Of a DNA stretch of 64,000 bases, positions 59,948 to 64,000 are shown one piece after another (the stretch's first letter is position 1; every line of letters starts with the position of its first letter). Source of the DNA: an uncultured virus (IMG/VR IMGVR_UViG_3300042691_027194) (taxonomy: Duplodnaviria > Heunggongvirae > Uroviricota > Caudoviricetes). Made by a program: the position numbers and the translations under genes. Under the pieces are notes generated by a model that saw only the letters and a list, made by a program, of their open reading frames with translations, was not told the origin of the DNA and did no database searches. The DNA lies in IMG/VR virus record IMGVR_UViG_3300042691_027194. The stretch is one strand, 5' to 3'.

Positions 59948-60262
59948 ATGGCTTTAATCATTACACCAACCACCGAAAAAAAGATTCATGTGCAAGGTAC
60001 ACAAATCGAACTCGAAAGCGTATACAACCGTTTAGAAATTGGATGCAGACCAAATGGTACAACAATTGAAATTGCATTCTACACTTACGCTGATCACGCC
60101 AGCTTCATAGCAGGAAACTCTGTACCAACTGATTTACCTACCGAAAATCTTAACGGTGACATTGATCCACAAACTCAGTCTCAAGGTTTAACAGCAGCCC
60201 ACGAACTAGCAAAAACTTGGTATGAGTCATTAGGATACAACGTAACTATTGATTTGGTTTGA
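59948..60262 (+). CDS. putative tail-fibre-associated protein (start reassigned to 59948)
   Basis: MALIITPTTEKK; follows ATATTTATT at 59912. Confidence 0.6.
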   Translation: MALIITPTTEKKIHVQGTQIELESVYNRLEIGCRPNGTTIEIAFYTYADHASFIAGNSVPTDLPTENLNGDIDPQTQSQGLTAAHELAKTWYESLGYNVTIDLV

Positions 60263-60304
60263 TTTTAACATAATTCTTCTTATTATATCTAGAAAAGGTT
60301 ACCA

Positions 60305-60574
60305 ATGACAAAAAAATTAGACAAAGAACATCTAGACGCAATACAGGATCTACAAAATCGTTTTGCGCAGAATGCATCATGGCTTGGTAGTGTTGCAATC
60401 GATTTAAAAATGATTGAACGCCAACAAGCCCAATTAGAATCACAACAAGAAGAATTAATGCAACAATTTGATTCGCTTCGAGAAGATGAACAGCAACTTA
60501 TTGCAACGCTTAAAGAACGTTACGGCGATGGAGAAATCAATATCGCTCAAGGTACATTTACTCCAACCGAGTAA
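60305..60574 (+). CDS. small coiled-coil protein (possible fibre chaperone)
   Basis: Q/E-rich heptads and LKERYGDGEINI. Confidence 0.6.
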   Translation: MTKKLDKEHLDAIQDLQNRFAQNASWLGSVAIDLKMIERQQAQLESQQEELMQQFDSLREDEQQLIATLKERYGDGEINIAQGTFTPTE

Positions 60575-60628
60575 TGGTCAGCACAGAGCTTACCATATTT
60601 ATATTAAACAAATCAAAGGAGTAATTTA

Positions 60629-63091
60629 ATGGCAGAAAGAATTGTATCAGCTGGGGTATTTACGAATGAAGTAGATCAGTCGTTTTTACCTAGAGCAATC
60701 GGTCAAATCGGTGCTGCAATTGTTGGACCAACAGTAAAAGGTCCTGCATTAGTACCGACACAAATTTCATCTTTCTCAGAATTTCAACAATTGTTCGGAT
60801 CATATACAGATGATTCATATGTACCTTTCACAGTTGAAGAATATCTAAGAAACGGAAATTCAATGACTGTAACTCGTCTTTTATATGAAGATGGTTACGG
60901 ATTAAGAAACGGTGCATTAGCCGTTATCGCAAAATCAGCATCAGTGCAAGTAGTAACACACTTGTTGCACCCAACCCAACCAGTAACATATGTTGATTCC
61001 ACAACAAATGTATTTGCTGATTCCGTTATTAACAGCGGCCCATCAGGTAGTTTTGTTATTAATGTGTCTGGATCATATGGTATTACATTGGTACCAGGAT
61101 TTAGTTCATTCTTAACTGCAACCGGATCAGCAATTTCAGCATCGATTGATTCAAGCAAAAATAACTATGTAACCAAGATATTTGGTAATTCTCCAAAATC
61201 TTTGGATTATCCGGTTTATGTGCAATATGAAAATCAAAATGCAACAAGCTTGTTTAATAATCTAGGTGCAGTTACTGTTGAATTAGGTTTAATAAATAAT
61301 TACTATTTCTTGAATGATTATTCAACAGCAGGAACACCGTGGATTACATCGCAAAAAATTGGTAGCACTGTTAAGAACTTGTTCAAGTTCCATACATTGA
61401 GTCATGGTACAGCAGTTAACTATGAAGTTAAAGTCGGTATTCGCGACATTAAAACTGCAGCAGAAGTATCAGATCCAAACGGATATGGTTCATTCACAGT
61501 AGAAGTTCGTCGTGTTAATACATCAAACATTCCAACATCTCCATATGCATCTACTGATACTGATCAGACACCGGATATCGTTGAAACATATTTAAATTGT
61601 AATCTAGATCCAGATTCCCAAAACTATATTGCAAGAAAAATTGGTAATCGTTATCAAACAGTAACTGATGCTGGTAATATTCTTGTTAATGGTGATTATC
61701 CAAATCTTTCAAGCTATATTCGTATCGAAGTGACAGATGGTGTTGCAAATAAAACCAATGAACGAACTTTGATTCCATTTGGATTCCGTGCACCTAATGC
61801 ACCTATGCCATTAGTATCTGGTTCATTGAATTTATCGGCTGTGTCTTATAACACATCACAAGTAGTATCAAGTAACTTTAGTTCAAACAACTATTTAGGA
61901 TTTGATTTTACTGCAACAAACAACTTGAACTATTTAGCACCATTACCATCATCGGGTTCAAACACAGGTAGCAACGCAGATTTCTATCTAGGTAATGTCA
62001 CACAAGATGCACAAGCAGCATTCCCGTCATTATCTGCTCCATATACTGGATCTTTAGAAACTGCATTGACAACTGGTACAACTTACTTCACATCGAATGT
62101 AGCTAGCACAACCAGAAAGTTCATGGTACCATTCCAAGGTGGATTTGATGGAGCTCGTCCAAACTTACCTAAATATTCTGGAGGTAATATTGCGTCTACA
62201 AACACATTTGGGTTTGATTGTAGCACATCTACATCCACAGGAACAAAAGCATATAACAAAGCATTCACATTGTTATCAAACACAGATTACTATGACATAA
62301 ACATGTTATTGACTCCAGGTATCTTGCAAAGCAAACATAGCGCTGTAACAACATTGGCAAGAAACTTGGTAACATCTCGTCAAGATACATTCTATGTGAT
62401 GGATTCAAATGCATTGTCGGATAGTATTTCCACAGTTGTTAGTGATGTTACTACACTTGATAACAATTACACAGCAACATATTGGCCATGGGTTCGTATT
62501 GTGAATCCAGCAAAAAATGTTCCATTATGGGTTCCACCAAGTGTTGTAGTGCCAGGAGCATTGTCATTCAATGATACAGTGGCGGCACCATGGTATGCAC
62601 CTGCAGGATTGAATCGAGGCGGATTAACATCAGTTTCTGATACATATCAAACTCTTTCACAAGCAGATCGTAATACATTGTATGATGCTCGTATTAACCC
62701 TATTGCCAACTTCCCTAACGATGGAATAGTAATTTGGGGGCAAAAGACATTGCAGGCTCGACCAAGTGCATTAGACCGCGTCAATGTGCGTCGTTTACTT
62801 ATCACGGTTAAGAAGTTTATTGCTTCTGCAACACGTTACCTAGTATTCGAGCAAAACACGTCTCAGACGCGTGACAGATTCTTATCAATTGTTAATCCAT
62901 ACCTAGAGCAAGTGCGCGCACAGCAAGGTTTATCTGCATTCCGTGTAGTAATGGATTCAACAAATAACACTCCAGATTTGATTGACCGAAACATCCTTTA
63001 CGGACAAATTTTCCTTCAGCCAACTCGCACAGCAGAATTTATTATTCTTGATTTCAATATTCAACCAACGGGAGCAGCATTCCCTGAATAG
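60629..63091 (+). CDS. tail sheath protein (T4 gp18-like)
   Basis: SAGVFTNEVD, GPTVKGP, YWPWV, WYAPAGLNRG, WGQKTLQ..SALDRVNVRRL and PTRTAEFI. Confidence 0.96.
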   Translation: MAERIVSAGVFTNEVDQSFLPRAIGQIGAAIVGPTVKGPALVPTQISSFSEFQQLFGSYTDDSYVPFTVEEYLRNGNSMTVTRLLYEDGYGLRNGALAVIAKSASVQVVTHLLHPTQPVTYVDSTTNVFADSVINSGPSGSFVINVSGSYGITLVPGFSSFLTATGSAISASIDSSKNNYVTKIFGNSPKSLDYPVYVQYENQNATSLFNNLGAVTVELGLINNYYFLNDYSTAGTPWITSQKIGSTVKNLFKFHTLSHGTAVNYEVKVGIRDIKTAAEVSDPNGYGSFTVEVRRVNTSNIPTSPYASTDTDQTPDIVETYLNCNLDPDSQNYIARKIGNRYQTVTDAGNILVNGDYPNLSSYIRIEVTDGVANKTNERTLIPFGFRAPNAPMPLVSGSLNLSAVSYNTSQVVSSNFSSNNYLGFDFTATNNLNYLAPLPSSGSNTGSNADFYLGNVTQDAQAAFPSLSAPYTGSLETALTTGTTYFTSNVASTTRKFMVPFQGGFDGARPNLPKYSGGNIASTNTFGFDCSTSTSTGTKAYNKAFTLLSNTDYYDINMLLTPGILQSKHSAVTTLARNLVTSRQDTFYVMDSNALSDSISTVVSDVTTLDNNYTATYWPWVRIVNPAKNVPLWVPPSVVVPGALSFNDTVAAPWYAPAGLNRGGLTSVSDTYQTLSQADRNTLYDARINPIANFPNDGIVIWGQKTLQARPSALDRVNVRRLLITVKKFIASATRYLVFEQNTSQTRDRFLSIVNPYLEQVRAQQGLSAFRVVMDSTNNTPDLIDRNILYGQIFLQPTRTAEFIILDFNIQPTGAAFPE

Positions 63092-63110
63092 TAATTCAAA
63101 ATAAAATTCT

Positions 63111-63142
63111 AGGAAAGGCAGGACTTCGGTTCTGCCTTTTTT
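63111..63142 (+). terminator. intrinsic terminator after the sheath gene
   Basis: AAAGGCAGGAC-TTCG-GTTCTGCCTTT followed by T residues. Confidence 0.9.
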
Positions 63143-63181
63143 ACTTTGTTGATATTTATATAAAAATAACAAGGATAAAAA

Positions 63182-63712
63182 ATGGCACTACAAGATCAAG
63201 TGAATAATAATCTAACGGATTATGCTGGCGACCAACCGGATAATTTTTATTACAATGCATATTCTTGGGAACCAAAAAAAGCGCATCAATTTATTATGTC
63301 AGTAGATGGCATACCTGCATATTTAATTAAAGCATCATCAAAACCATCTGTAGCAAACGGTGAAATCACATTGGATCATATCAATGTTCAGCGTTACGTT
63401 AAAGGTAAAACGGTTTGGAACACAATTTCAGTGACATTGTATGATGCAATTGTTCCGTCGGGAGCACAAGCAGTAATGGAATGGGTACGCTTACACCACG
63501 AATCTGCAACAGGACGCGACGGATATTCATCATACTACAAAAAAGAAGTTCGATTAAAATCATTGTCGCCATTAGGTGAAGTGATTGAAGAATGGACATT
63601 GAATGGTACATACATCGTTGATGCAAACTTTGGTTCATTGGATTGGTCAACAGAAGATGTAGTTAACATTGAATTGACTCTTCGCTACGATTGGGCAAGA
63701 TTAGAATTCTAA
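63182..63712 (+). CDS. tail tube protein (T4 gp19-like)
   Basis: YVKGKTVWNTISVTLYD, EEWTLNG and FGSLDW..ELTLRYD; follows the sheath gene. Confidence 0.9.
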   Translation: MALQDQVNNNLTDYAGDQPDNFYYNAYSWEPKKAHQFIMSVDGIPAYLIKASSKPSVANGEITLDHINVQRYVKGKTVWNTISVTLYDAIVPSGAQAVMEWVRLHHESATGRDGYSSYYKKEVRLKSLSPLGEVIEEWTLNGTYIVDANFGSLDWSTEDVVNIELTLRYDWARLEF

Positions 63713-63729
63713 TAAACACACTAGTATCT

Positions 63730-63755
63730 AGAATGGGAGTTTCGGCTCCCATTTT
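63730..63755 (+). terminator. intrinsic terminator after the tube gene
   Basis: AATGGGAGT-TTCG-GCTCCCATT followed by T residues. Confidence 0.85.
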
Positions 63756-63798
63756 CTGTGTTCTTACATATTTATATTAAAGGTTATAAAGGATCATT

Positions 63799-64000
63799 AT
63801 GTCACAACTTACAAATCGAATTGACAAACAAAACATCATCAATATTGCTAAACAGCAATTTGAATCTGAACAAAGAAAATCTATTCCAACTGAGTTGGTA
63901 AGATTACCATCACAAGGAAAATTGTATGCTACTAGTAGCCCTCTTCGAAGCGGGGTGTTAGAAATGCGTTACATGACTGCATATGATGAAGATATTCTAA
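63799..64000 (+). CDS. baseplate hub assembly protein (gp26-like), 3'-truncated by the window edge
   Basis: MSQLTN...PTELVRLPSQGKLY...EMRYMTAYDEDIL; AAGGA and a late promoter upstream. Confidence 0.7.
   Translation, partial: MSQLTNRIDKQNIINIAKQQFESEQRKSIPTELVRLPSQGKLYATSSPLRSGVLEMRYMTAYDEDIL

Noticed and set aside
10385..63650. Numerous short minus-strand ORFs opposite structural genes (e.g. 43296..43748, 49805..50248, 54192..54659)
   Set aside because: They lie antisense to well-supported genes and have no promoter motif or protein features, as expected from codon bias.
1..64000. Alternative genetic code (TAG or TGA recoding) as in some large Bacteroidota phages
   Set aside because: Core genes are full-length in code 11, and both TAG (2739, 50111, 63091) and TGA (8118, 10297, 30034, 35764) end genes at sensible positions.
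1..64000. tRNA or rRNA genes
   Set aside because: Intergenic gaps are short and AT-rich and no cloverleaf or T-loop signature was seen by eye. tRNAscan-SE would be decisive.

Overview
This 64-kb AT-rich window is part of a large T4-like myovirus genome, most likely from a phage of Bacteroidota. The host inference rests on a DUF4494-like gene, -33/-7-type promoters and a Flavobacterium-like bS21. Positions ~1-10.3 kb are an accessory region: SAM methyltransferase, two CAP-domain genes facing reverse-strand OmpA-like genes, UvsE, an HD hydrolase and a gp55-like sigma factor. The rest is mainly morphogenesis genes (baseplate, terminase, portal, prohead protease, scaffold, major capsid, neck, tail fibres, sheath, tube) with an embedded endonuclease I / primase / fused Mre11-Rad50 block. 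Most notable: (1) a duplicated convergent cassette pairing a secreted CAP protein with OmpA-like proteins that share an N-terminal LxENMxRFGxKNL leader, possibly a capsid-packaged effector plus periplasmic partner; (2) two distinct promoter classes, one of them ATATTTATA, the reverse complement of the T4 late promoter; (3) a phage bS21 together with Shine-Dalgarno-like motifs mostly on late genes; (4) a candidate virion-packaged kinase and a nucleotidyltransferase/ligase-like polyprotein; (5) strong [ST]GS enrichment in virion proteins; (6) a promoter-driven triple-hairpin ncRNA candidate before the primase. All functional calls come from motif recognition by eye; no database searches were run.
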